Source of the DNA: Nitrospirales bacterium | Lineage (GTDB): Bacteria > Nitrospirota > Nitrospiria > Nitrospirales > UBA8639 | NCBI GenBank assembly: GCA_963555755.3 | Contig: OY820905.2 | Span: forward strand, 384,001 to 448,000 | DNA length: 64,000 bases | Direction: 5' to 3' | Shown here: in pieces, positions 41,494 to 52,101 of the stretch | Numbering within the stretch: position 1 is the stretch's first letter | Layout: each line of letters begins with the position of its first letter | Made by a program: the position numbers and the translations under genes | Notes under the pieces: model-generated | Database searches by the model: none | What the model was told of the DNA's origin: nothing | The model's input: only the letters and a program-made list of their open reading frames with translations

Positions 41494-42377
41494 GGCTTGC
41501 TCCGGCAGAGGGCCTGTCGGAAGTGGCGGATGAGGGGATAGAGATAAATTGCCTTCACCGGCACGCGCAGAGCCTTGTCACGGTCCTGCCGGGACCGGCC
41601 TTTGGTCTGCCCGACATAGAGCCAGTTCGCGGCCTGATAGCAGATACCTTTGAAGCGGTCTCGCTCCACAAAGGTCTCCACCAAGTGGACGGGATGGCCG
41701 TATTTCTCGATCCAGTCCTGCCGGAGACGTCTCATGACCCGGCCCAGGAGATGGCTGGCCAGATGCGGCACACGCACCCAGGGCAGGATGAGAAAGCGGG
41801 TATTGTTGGTCATGAAGTTGAGGTTGGCGGCTCGGGTGTCCGGCTCCCAGCCGATAAAGGTGTCGCGCGGGGTGGTTTTCCAGGCGGCGGAACCGAAGAG
41901 GAGGCAGGCCAGATCCTGCCCGGAGCGATCCCGCACCAGGTACTTGAGATGTTCACCGACCGTTCGGGTGAACCCGAGGTAGTGATGGTGGCTCAGGTAA
42001 TATCCCACACAACTGGCTTCGTAGGAATGTGAGGTTGGAATATGAATGGACAGGGGCGTCAGGGTCTTGAGAGCTGCGTCGATGTGCGGGGCTTCGGGAG
42101 GCATAAACCCCTTTCGGAAAGGGGGGAAGATGTTGCGTCGAGAGGCGACACGAATCGGGGGCAGCTTCAGGAGCCCGCGATGTTCGAGTTTGTCGATCAT
42201 GCTGCGGGCGGCAAAGGTTTTCAGTTGTCCGGACGGGGTCTGCCAGCCCCAGTGCCGACAAATATGCTGGGTTATTTTATGGCGGCTCCAGTCAGGGTGC
42301 CGGCAAACCAGATGGCGTAACCAGCACAGATCAGATTGGGGGAGGCGACGACCTTGACATGTAATCGCTTCATTCAT
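41490..42377 (-). CDS. DUF4338 (DruA-like) protein
   Basis: HHYLG, RDTFIGW, NNTRFLILPWVRVPHLAS, ETFVERDRFKGICYQAANW..VGQTKGR. Confidence 0.85.
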   Translation of the reverse strand: MNEAITCQGRRLPQSDLCWLRHLVCRHPDWSRHKITQHICRHWGWQTPSGQLKTFAARSMIDKLEHRGLLKLPPIRVASRRNIFPPFRKGFMPPEAPHIDAALKTLTPLSIHIPTSHSYEASCVGYYLSHHHYLGFTRTVGEHLKYLVRDRSGQDLACLLFGSAAWKTTPRDTFIGWEPDTRAANLNFMTNNTRFLILPWVRVPHLASHLLGRVMRRLRQDWIEKYGHPVHLVETFVERDRFKGICYQAANWLYVGQTKGRSRQDRDKALRVPVKAIYLYPLIRHFRQALCRSKP

Positions 42378-45300
42378 GGCCCCGATTATGCCATGGGTGG
42401 AGCCGTTAGTCCAGAAAAAAATCAGGCTATAGAAAATTGACCTGAGTAGTTACAAAAGCGTATAGTATTTCGTTGTAGCTAAGGGTGACAGTGCTGGCCC
42501 CCTTCACCCTACCCTTCACTTCGATGTGGCGGGGTTCTGGCTGGAGGCCACCTGCTGAAGGCGGGTAAGACGTAAGATCCCATCCGCATTTGTCGGCAGA
42601 AACATCGACCACACGGCATCCTCTGGCTTCCTCAGCCCGGCGGACTGCATTCATGGCAATCCGCTCAATGCGGGCACGGGCAGCGGCGTCAGCAGCAAAG
42701 GTCGCGGCAACCGGATCGACAGGCTCATCACCGCGACGTGTGCGCATCAGGCCAGCGGGAACGACGAGAGCTCCACCCAGCACGACCGGAGTGCTATTGA
42801 CCATATGGCGCATACTCTGGAGCTCCTTCTTGCGATTCTCAAGTCGCCCTTGAAGGTCAGTGATGGTACGCTGGATGTTTCCCAAGTTGAGGCGCACATC
42901 TTTACCTGCTTCCCTATCCTCTCTGAGTTTCAGCCATCTATCTTGCCAGAAGGCAATTTCCTTGGTGAGGCGTTCGTGCACCGCGTTCAAAGTCTTCTCG
43001 ACATGAGCAATCCTACGGCCTCCCACTTCGTTGTAGTGCCCTGGCACCAGGGTGGCGGCCGCGAGCGTGACAGCGCGGGCCTCCTGGTTAGCAGTAATCC
43101 ACGGTGCCGTGAGTACATCCTGCAGAAGTGGACGTTCTGATTCCGACAACGGTTCGAGATCAAGGTGCGGAGCCCACCCAGCGAAAGTGGCTTGGCCGTC
43201 AGGAGCCACATGGATAAATTGCATGCGTTTGGAAAGAACCATTCCATCACCTGACTTGATCTCGTGAGTGAGGAGGAAAAGCAACCACGGTTCCACCCCC
43301 TCATCCGTCGGATCGACGAGAATCGCACCCTGGCGCAAGAGATTGGCATGTTGTTCGAGAATCAAATCGGACATCGAGAGCATCAGTGGGTGGCCTGGGT
43401 GCATGAGAATAGCACGGGTAAGCCCGGGTTTGTCGAGTGGCTGAATGGTCTCTCGCTCAAAGGACACGCGGTCGTAGCGTTTGAGCACTGGTTCATATTC
43501 CCGACGGTTGCGGCCAGTGATGCGCCGATCCCGCTCGCGGATGGCAACGGGAACGTGAGCAATTTCAAAACGACCGGATTCGCGTGAATGGGCTGCGCCG
43601 CCAAGGGAGGTAAAGGCTTGGAGGAAAAAGGAGCGTACAAAATAGGGTTGAAGACGCCGCGCTTCCGCTTTTTCCATCTCTTCCTTCACGGCGAAGAGGC
43701 GATCCTGGCTCATCGTTTCCTGAGCGAGCGCATTGCGGTTCAGTAGCGATTTCAGATGGTCGTGGTCGAGGACATCATCGATCTTTTTCGTCAGGCGAGA
43801 ACGCACTTCAGGTTGGTCCCCATACCGGATAGCTTCCATGAGAAGGTCCTTGAGGCTTGTTTCCTCGAATATCTCACCGAGGATGTCAAAGACCCGGCCC
43901 TGGAGGGCTTCGCTTTCAACTTCGAGCTTCTGGAGAAGACGGTGATACACATCGCCCTCACGCGTTTCTTTCGCCACGAGATTCCACAGGTGGCACACTT
44001 CATTCTGGCCAATCCGATGGATCCGGCCGAACCGCTGTTCCAGGCGGTTTGGGTTCCAAGGGAGGTCGTAATTGACCATGAGGTTGGCGTTCTGAAGATT
44101 TACTCCCTCGCCAGCGGCATCGTTAGCGATCAGCACGCGCACGTCAGGGTCTGATCGAAAGAGCGCCTGGAGACGGCGGCGTTCGTCGCGGTGTGTCCCC
44201 CCGTGGATGGTAATGATCGCCTCCTGGTTGCCGAGCACGCCAGCAATCTTGTCATGGAGATAGTTAAGCGTCGCGCGATGCTCGGAGAAGATAATAATTT
44301 GGCGCTGTCGGCCGGAAGCATCGCGCATTTCGGGATTGTTTTGAATAATCTTTGAGAGCTCCTCCCATTTGCGATCCTGCCCTGAGGCAACAACGGCTTT
44401 CGCCTGGTATTCGAGCTCTTCGAGAATATGGATTTCCACTTCGAGTTCAGCAACGGTTTGAGCTGCGGTTGCTTGGTCGATCAGGCTCTCTTCGAGATTT
44501 CCCTGTTCATCGGCATTGAGATCGTCGTCATCTTCAGGCACTTCTTCAAGTGTTTCAACGATGGCACGACGGCCTCGTATACCTAGTTTTTCGTCACGGA
44601 GGCGTTTCTCCAGACGGTCTTTGCGGTTTTTCAACGACTGATAAATGGCTTCAGGACTTGAGGCAAGGCGTCGCTGCAGTGCAGTCAGTGCAAAACCAAC
44701 TGTGCTCTTGCGTGACCCTTGAAGCTCGTCGGCCTTTCCCATTTGGGTCTGCACGTAATGGGTGACAGACTCATAGAGCGCAGCTTCAATGTCTGAGAGA
44801 TTGTAGTTGACGGTGTACGCCTTGCGTTCCGGGAAAAGGGGCCTTCCATCAAACTTGACCATTTCCTCTTTCACCATACGGCGCATGAGATCGGAGGCGT
44901 CCACCTTGTGAACGCCATCACGGAATTTGCCATAAAAACGATCAGAGTCTAGCAATGACAGAAAAAGCTGGTAGTCCTCTTCTTTCCCGTTATGCGGCGT
45001 CGCTGTCATGAGGAGCAAATGGCGTGTATGCGATCCAAGCTTTTCGGCAAAGCGGAAGCGGGCGGTCTTTTGGAGCTTCAATCCGTAATAATGGGCTGAG
45101 AGCTTGTGAGCTTCATCGAAGACAACGAGATCCCATCCGGGAGCACAGAGTTTCTCCTGAAGCTCCTCATTGCGGGACAACTGGTCGAGCCGGACGATTA
45201 ACTGATGTTTGTCCTCGAATGGATTGCCGCTGGGTGAAGCCTGTTCCAGAAGGGGGGAATAGATTTGAAACTCCAGACCAAACTTCTCGAACATTTCATC

Positions 45301-45953
45301 CCGCCACTGCTCCACCAAGCTGCCGGGCGCAACAATGAGGATGCGGCGGGCGTCCGCACGCATGATGAGTTCCCGAGTGTAAAGCCCCGCCATGATCGTT
45401 TTACCCGCGCCAGGATCGTCGGCCAGCAAAAAGCGGAGTGGTTGTCGCGGCAGTAACGATTCATAGACAGCTGTGATTTGGTGCGGTAGTGGATCGACGT
45501 TCGAGGTATGCACGGCCATCATCGGATCGAACAGGAAGGCCAGGTCGATGCGCTTGGCCTCGCAGGTAAGCTGAAACGCAGAAGCATCACCATCAAAGGA
45601 GAAGGGGCGCTCCGTCGTGGCGACACTAATGGAAGACTCATCGGCCCGAACAAAGAGCCGCTCTTTCATGGCACCATCGGGTGTACGATAGATGACCTGC
45701 ACTGCACCATCGCCATGTGGCACAATCGCCACAACGGAAACAATTTGGGTTGGTTCAACCCCTGTGAGGCTAAGACCAGAAGTGAGTTCTTCCAGCTTCA
45801 TGCAGCAATCCCTCGAAGCCAATCGGGGCGGTACAATGCGTACACGCCATGCCGTCCCCGTACATACTCTCGAAAACTCTCTGGGTATCCTACAAACAAT
45901 CGACGAAACATGTTTTCCAAATATTAATTAGACTGGTGGGTTACATTGCTTGC

Positions 45954-46145
45954 TCATTTCCCCTTGGGCAAAATCCCCTTCTTCTCCATCTCCTTCAGAT
46001 ACTCTTCCATTAACTCAATGGCTAATCCTTTGACGGTCTTGCCTTGAATCGCCGCCGCCGCTTTCGCACGTCGCATTAAGACCCTAGGAATATCCCGAAA
46101 AATCCAGGTTCCAGGCTCTTCTATGGGTTCCTTATATCTCGGCAT
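45954..46145 (-). CDS. Small ribbon-helix-helix-like regulator
   Basis: WIFRDIPRVLMRRAKAAAAIQGKTVKGL. Confidence 0.7.
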   Translation of the reverse strand: MPRYKEPIEEPGTWIFRDIPRVLMRRAKAAAAIQGKTVKGLAIELMEEYLKEMEKKGILPKGK

Positions 46146-46188
46146 AGGCGGAAGCCTAGCACTATCTCAATGCCCATTCAACTATCTC

Positions 46189-46218
46189 TTGACATATAAC
46201 GCTATGTAGACATATACT
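46189..46218 (+). promoter_or_regulatory. Sigma70-like promoter with overlapping direct repeats
   Basis: TTGACA-18 nt-TATACT; GACATATA twice and ACTATCTC twice nearby. Confidence 0.65.
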
Positions 46219-46246
46219 AATATCTTATGGAAAGGAGGTGAGAAGT

Positions 46247-46393
46247 ATGGCGATGGTGAAATTGTTAGTGCATTTGCCCAAACCGCTCAAAGCCAAACTC
46301 GATGACCTGAGACGGCAGGGCTACACGGCAAGCGGCTATATACGAGCGTTGTTAGAACGGGAACTTTCACACACGACAAACACGAAAGGATGA
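46247..46393 (+). CDS. 48-aa CopG/RHH-like protein (below ORF-track cutoff)
   Basis: RBS AAGGAGGTG; MAMVKLLVHLPKPLKAKLDDLRRQGYTASGYIRALLEREL. Confidence 0.75.
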   Translation: MAMVKLLVHLPKPLKAKLDDLRRQGYTASGYIRALLERELSHTTNTKG

Positions 46394-46400
46394 ATGAGGG

Positions 46401-47076
46401 ATGGATTCTGCACAGAAAAAGTCGTACCCCGCGCCTCGGCCATTGAAGAAAGTGCGACCTAACATCTTCACGTACCAGGGCAAGGAAGGGCACGACCAGT
46501 TTATGGTTCGATTGAAATACAACGAAAAGACAATTCGGAAATGGGGCTTTCCGAATATCACGAAAGCCCAGGCTTGGCGGAAACGTCGGCAAGCGGCCAT
46601 CGAAGAAGGCCGCTTGTTTCCTGAGGAGATTCAGAAGCAGGAAGCCCAGGCGAAAATCCAGCGCGTGACCTTTGGAGTCTATGCCGGTATTTGGATGAAT
46701 GATTGTCGGGCCAGAGGGCTGAAACACACCACGCTGATGCGGTATCAGGGCATGTTGGATGCGCACCTGCTGCCAGCGTTTCAGAAGGACGCGTTGACCG
46801 AGATTAACCGGATTAGAGGTCGGGAACTGGTGGCAGACTTGAATGAGCAAGGGCTGAAACCCAAAACTATTAAGAATGTCTTGGGGGGCCTGTCGGCTCT
46901 TTTTGCTCAGGCTATTGAAGATGAGATCGTCGATCACAATCCAGCAAGTCGGCCATCCAAACTCATTAAGGTCCCGAAACGTGCCGAGCATGTTCAGGTC
47001 TTTACCCACGAAGAAGAAATACATCTGCTTGAGACCGCCCACACGGAACCATTCCGACACTATTACCCCTTTATCC
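46401..47076 (+). pseudogene. Phage-type tyrosine integrase, N-terminal part, truncated by IS1595
   Basis: TF..YA..W, LK.TT..RY...L..HLLP.F, L...F..A.EDEIVDHNPA; catalytic domain absent. Confidence 0.85.
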
Positions 47077-47913
47077 CCTGCATACCGGCTTGACTCCAGT
47101 TGCCCCACTATGTAGTGTTTTGCGACATGGTGAGTTACCCCAAGGACATGGCCGATCTGATGACCCGTTTTTTTACTGAGGAGGCCTGTCGCACCCATAT
47201 TGAGAAGCTTCGATGGCCAGACGGGTATACCTGTGTGAAATGTGGGAATCAAAAGAGGTGGAAAACCAAGCGAGGGTTGTCGATGTGCTCCAGCTGTCAA
47301 TATCAGCAGTCACCCTTGGCCGGAACGATTTTTCAAGATTCTCGTATCCCGTTGCGCATTTGGTTTCAGGCAATCTGGTGGTTTACAAGCCAGAAAAATG
47401 GAGCGAGCGCTCAAACGTTGCAAAGGGTGTTGGGGATGAGCGGTCACGAGCCTGCGTGGCTCATGCTTCATAAATTACGGGTTGCGATGGGTCGCCCCTC
47501 CCGCAACCGTCTTGCCGGGCAAGTTGAAGTGGATGAAGCCTATTTGGGTGGAGAAGGAAACAAGCAACTTGTTGGCGTTGCCGTGGAAATCAAAGACAAA
47601 GGAAGTGGGCGAATGCGAAGGCAAACGCTTAAGGGCCGGACGAGCGCGGATGTCAAGAATTTCGTTCAGCAGCATGTTGAGCCTGGCAGTACGATTATAA
47701 CCGACGGACTCACAAGTTATTGCTGTCTGGCAGACGAAGGGTATGCGCACAAACCAATGCGAAAGTCCGATGTTGGGGGAAATCACGACCCAGACGCGGA
47801 CAACCTGTTGCCACGAGTCCACCGTGCCATTTCACTGGTGAAACGTTGGCTACTGGGCACATACCAGGGACGCCTTGATCATAAGTACCTCGACGCCTAC
47901 CTGAATGAATTTA

Positions 47914-48925
47914 GATGGTTCTACGGTTGACTCCGGTTAACCAGATCGCCAAGCGTTAGCGGCGCTTTATTCACTGAGATCCCGAGGAGGGTTTGAAACG
48001 CAGCCATCGGCGTCTTGCGCCGGTTGAAGCGGAAAACAAACTCGTCCAGATAGCTCTGGAGATACTTCGGCTCAACCCCGTGATGCGTGCCATTGAGCCA
48101 CGCCTTGAGGTTGCTGAAGACCCGGTGGATAGGGGGCGCAACTTTGTGCGCTCGCCCCGGTGTCCGAACAATTCGCACACGATGCTTGTATCCCACCAGC
48201 GCCGCATCGGAATACCCGCGCCAACCATCGGTTCGGAGTGTGGAGCCGGCCTGAATATTTTCTATCAAAAACCCACGAATGCTGCTCTCGCCTGCATCCT
48301 TTAGGAGCGAGAGACGCAACCGCCCTGCCCGTTCACATTGTTTTCCCTTCTTATCAGTATAGGGGAGAACCTCAACGGCACCGATCAGCAAACTCTTGTG
48401 CTTGGCTGCAGTTGAGCCTCGACCTTGCTTGCCTTTTGCTGGTCCGCCGATGATCGCCTCATCGGCCTCAATCAAGCCAGAGAGCTGGCTTCGGTTCTTG
48501 TTGACCATTCCTTGACGCAGCCGATGCAGCATATGCCAGGCTGTGGTGGCGCTCGATAGGCCAAGCTGTCGTGAGAGCTGGACGGCACTGATTCCTGGCG
48601 TATGGGTCGTAACGAGATAAGCAGCCCAGAACCACTCCTGGACGGGCACGTGGGAACGGTGCATGAGCGTGCCTGCCATAGGCGAAGTCTGACGACCACA
48701 CGTCCTACACTCGAAAACGTAACGCTTGGAGTTTAGCCAGGCCGACTTACCCGTGCACGTTGGACAAACAAACTCATCTGGCCAGCGACTCTGCACCAAA
48801 TATTCAAGGCAAGCCTGGCGTGAAGTGAAGCGTTGGCGGAATTCCCGCATGTCCTTCGGATACTGCGGACGACCCATACCTGCATAGTCGCAACTGTCTC
48901 AACCGGAGTCAACCGTAGAACCATC
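47914..48925 (-). mobile_element. IS1595-family element type Y, copy 1 (ORF 47921-48877)
   Basis: TIR GATGGTTCTACGGTTGACTCCGGTT; EADEAIIGG, RTDGW, YLDEFVFRFNRR. Confidence 0.93.
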
Positions 48926-49292
48926 TAAATTTATAAAAAGAGGCTTAGGATTCCTAATCACCCCCATTATTAATAAAAAGGAAGTGGGCGAATGCGAATG
49001 CAAACGCTTAAGGGCCGGACGAGCGCGGATGTCAAGAATTTCGTTCAGCAGCATGTTGAGCCTGGCAGTACGATTATAACCGACGGACTCACAAGTTATT
49101 GCTGTCTGGCAGACGAAGGGTATGCGCACAAACCAATGCGAAAGCCCGATGTTGGGGGAAATCACGACCCAGACGCGGACAACCTGTTGCCACGAGTCCA
49201 CCGTGCCATTTCACTGGTGAAACGTTGGCTACTGGGCACATACCAGGGACGCCTTGATCATAAGTACCTCGACGCCTACCTGAATGAATTTA

Positions 49293-50304
49293 GATGGTTC
49301 TACGGTTGACTCCGGTTAACCAGATCGCCAAGCGTTAGCGGCGCTTTATTCACTGAGATCCCGAGGAGGGTTTGAAACGCAGCCATCGGCGTCTTGCGCC
49401 GGTTGAAGCGGAAAACAAACTCGTCCAGATAGCTCTGGAGATACTTCGGCTCAACCCCGTGATGCGTGCCATTGAGCCACGCCTTGAGGTTGCTGAAGAC
49501 CCGGTGGATAGGGGGCGCAACTTTGTGCGCTCGCCCCGGTGTCCGAACAATTCGCACACGATGCTTGTATCCCACCAGCGCCGCATCGGAATACCCGCGC
49601 CAACCATCGGTTCGGAGTGTGGAGCCGGCCTGAATATTTTCTATCAAAAACCCACGAATGCTGATCTCGCCTGCATCCTTTAGGAGCGAGAGACGCAACC
49701 GCCCTGCCCGTTCACATTGTTTTCCCTTCTTATCAGTATAGGGGAGAACCTCAACGGCACCGATCAGCAAACTCTTGTGCTTGGCTGCAGTTGAGCCTCG
49801 ACCTTGCTTGCCTTTTGCTGGTCCGCCGATGATCGCCTCATCGGCCTCAATCAAGCCAGAGAGCTGGCTTCGGTTCTTGTTGACCATTCCTTGACGCAGC
49901 CGATGCAGCATATGCCAGGCTGTGGTGGCGCTCGATAGGCCAAGCTGTCGTGAGAGCTGGACGGCACTGATTCCTGGCGTATGGGTCGTAACGAGATAAG
50001 CAGCCCAGAACCACTCCTGGACGGGCACGTGGGAACGGTGCATGAGCGTGCCTGCCATAGGCGACGTCTGACGACCACACGTCCTACACTCGAAAACGTA
50101 ACGCTTGGAGTTTAGCCAGGCCGACTTACCCGTGCACGTTGGACAAACAAACTCATCTGGCCAGCGACTCTGCACCAAATATTCAAGGCAAGCCTGGCGT
50201 GAAGTGAAGCGTTGGCGGAATTCCCGCATGTCCTTCGGATACTGCGGACGACCCATACCTGCATAGTCGCAACTGTCTCAACCGGAGTCAACCGTAGAAC
50301 CATC
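49293..50304 (-). mobile_element. IS1595-family element type Y, copy 2 (ORF 49300-50256)
   Basis: Same TIRs; 8-bp duplication TGAATTTA on both sides. Confidence 0.93.
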
Positions 50305-50560
50305 TGAATTTATCTTTCGATTCAATCGTTGGACCTCGCGCTCTCGGGGCCTCTTGTTTCATCGACTCCTGGAAAATGCTATCGCAGTCGACCCGGCTCC
50401 GCTCCAAAAAATTCAGAGGACCCACAAAATCTAGTAGCAACTGGAGTTAAGCCGGTATGCAGGGTAAGCCACGAGGCTCACAAAATGAACCGAGCTCCGC
50501 ATCAGGTGATGCGGGGCTCGAGGATCATGAGATTCTACTAGGTGTGAGATGCGTGGTGAC

Positions 50561-51145
50561 TTACGCGGCTTTCTTGCGTTTCCAGGCCACTAACCCGACA
50601 AGGCCCGTGCCGAGAAGAATCATGGTGCTCGGTTCAGGCATGGAGTGGGTTCTTGAAGAACATGGACCAGACAATTCAGAAATAACCGTTGTGGCCGCAC
50701 CAAAGCCTCCATCATACGAGTTAGCACGGAATTCAAAAACATTTCCGCCCCCAACGATTATTGACTCCGATCCGCTTTGGCTTACCCCGCCAAGATTATC
50801 CGTCAATTGAAAAAAGGTCCCGTTGAGTAAATAGCCAAATGGGTCCCAAAAAGCCTCATCACCCCCATTAAACCCGGTATCAGTAGTGAAGAAATCCCAA
50901 TCGAACATGACCATACTATTGGCGAGAAGGACAATGGTGAAATCTTGGTTGAGGTTACTGACTCCATTATTATTACTCGTCATAGAGATGGAACCGGGGG
51001 CTCCACTGGTATCAATGACTCCATCCCCTGATGTAGTTGCTGTCCAGTTCACTGGAGCATAAACTCCGTCGAACAAGGCAAAGGCGGGGGTACTGAAGTA
51101 CAAGAGCCCACCTAAGATAAAGCTACATATGCGTACGGTCTTCAT
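50561..51145 (-). CDS. PEP-CTERM sorting domain protein
   Basis: Signal peptide; C-terminal MPEPSTMILLGTGLVGLVAWKRKK. Confidence 0.92.
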   Translation of the reverse strand: MKTVRICSFILGGLLYFSTPAFALFDGVYAPVNWTATTSGDGVIDTSGAPGSISMTSNNNGVSNLNQDFTIVLLANSMVMFDWDFFTTDTGFNGGDEAFWDPFGYLLNGTFFQLTDNLGGVSQSGSESIIVGGGNVFEFRANSYDGGFGAATTVISELSGPCSSRTHSMPEPSTMILLGTGLVGLVAWKRKKAA

Positions 51146-51209
51146 GTTTTTCCCTCCTAATGAGGCAAAGGGTTGTGTAAAAATTACGTGTTGTCTATCC
51201 GAACTATTC

Positions 51210-51225
51210 AGCAATTTGGATGCCA
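51210..51225 (-). promoter_or_regulatory. Sigma-54 (-24/-12) promoter of the PEP-CTERM gene
   Basis: Minus strand TGGCATCCAAATTGCT; candidate enhancer TGTAAA..TTGACA at 51357-51373. Confidence 0.75.
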
Positions 51226-51941
51226 TGAAGACGCTGTTCGTCATTGGACGCAGTTGGTTTTTCTGTATTCCATCTCGTTCCTTTCAGTTCAGCTCAGTTC
51301 CGCCACGTTGGTCCTTTAGGACATGGCCTAGGCTGTGTATTGATTTCCACCAAACTTGTAAATTTTTTTGACACTTTGTTGAGCGAAATCGTTGTGTGTG
51401 GTCAATTTATCGTGTCCAATCAACATGTTAGCTCTGATTTCAATAGTGGAAAAATTTCCAACAGTGTTTCTGGAAGGTTGTTCTGGATTGCTTGTGAGCC
51501 CTTTCAAATCAACGAGTTGACAAGAATTTAACAGTGAAAAAAATCCTGACAGGGTAGGGCCAAGTTTTGAATTTGGGAATTAAGAGTAATGGTTGGTCTT
51601 GAATCTACGTCAAAGGACGTATACGGTCGTGGAGTGAATTTATGCGGGCTTTCGGCCCCGCGCGACGAGGTCCCTTCGACGAAATTCAGGACAGGCCTTT
51701 TGTTTCGGGAAAAAGATCCAACGCTATTGTTGCCCGTGCGCAGCTCTGTTGCAATGCAACGGTCCAGTCATTTCGAGCAGAGCGAGAAATCTCTTCGAAG
51801 GGGGAGGATTAGATTTCTCCCGCTGGTCGAAATGACAAACGGGAAGGTGGGATTCACGATAAAAGACAGCGGGAATGACCGTGGTGGATTGGAGGGGCGG
51901 TGGTGAATGAAGAAGCATGTTGTGTTTTTTGGAAAACATAA

Positions 51942-52082
51942 GGGCACCTCTACAAACCAGGCATTTTTTGTGAGGGCAAGGAAGCCGCGCGCGGAAAACC
52001 GGAGTGTATGGGCGAATACATGAGGATGTGAGCACGCGGCTGACGCCGCCCTCACGGAAAAGGACGTTTTTTGGAGGTGCCC
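51942..52082. mobile_element. MITE family B, copy 1
   Basis: TIR GGGCACCTC; 4-bp duplication ATAA; empty-site allele present at about 26939. Confidence 0.88.
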
Positions 52083-52101
52083 ATAAGAAAAATTACGAAA
52101 A

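Larger units (their letters stand above)
40041..42453 (-). mobile_element. IS66-family element with DUF4338 gene
   Basis: TIR GTAACTACTCAGG at both ends; 8-bp target duplication AAAAGCGT (40033-40040, 42454-42461). Confidence 0.93.
39868..45801 (-). pseudogene. SNF2-family helicase with C-terminal DUF3883-like nuclease domain, interrupted by IS66
   Basis: [37 protein letters not shown]; frame continues across the IS as ..[24 protein letters not shown]. Confidence 0.88.
27091..50463. mobile_element. IS1595-bounded composite transposon (23.4 kb)
   Basis: Inverted copies of the same IS at both ends; direct repeat GTAAGCCA at 27083-27090 and 50464-50471; flanks rejoin into cinA-like sequence. 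Confidence 0.85.
47077..50463 (+). mobile_element. IS1595 type X, copy B, interrupted by nested IS and partially duplicated
   Basis: Inverted relative to copy A; pieces 47077-47913, 48977-49292 and 50305-50463. Confidence 0.88.

Noticed and set aside
41490..42377. Druantia defence system
   Set aside because: The DUF4338 gene lies inside IS66 TIRs; no druE-like helicase or other dru genes accompany it
46287..47300. 337-aa minus-strand ORF
   Set aside because: Antisense shadow spanning the integrase and an IS junction; no recognisable motifs
27091..50463. Prophage
   Set aside because: No capsid, terminase large subunit, tail or lysis genes; only a truncated integrase and small regulators
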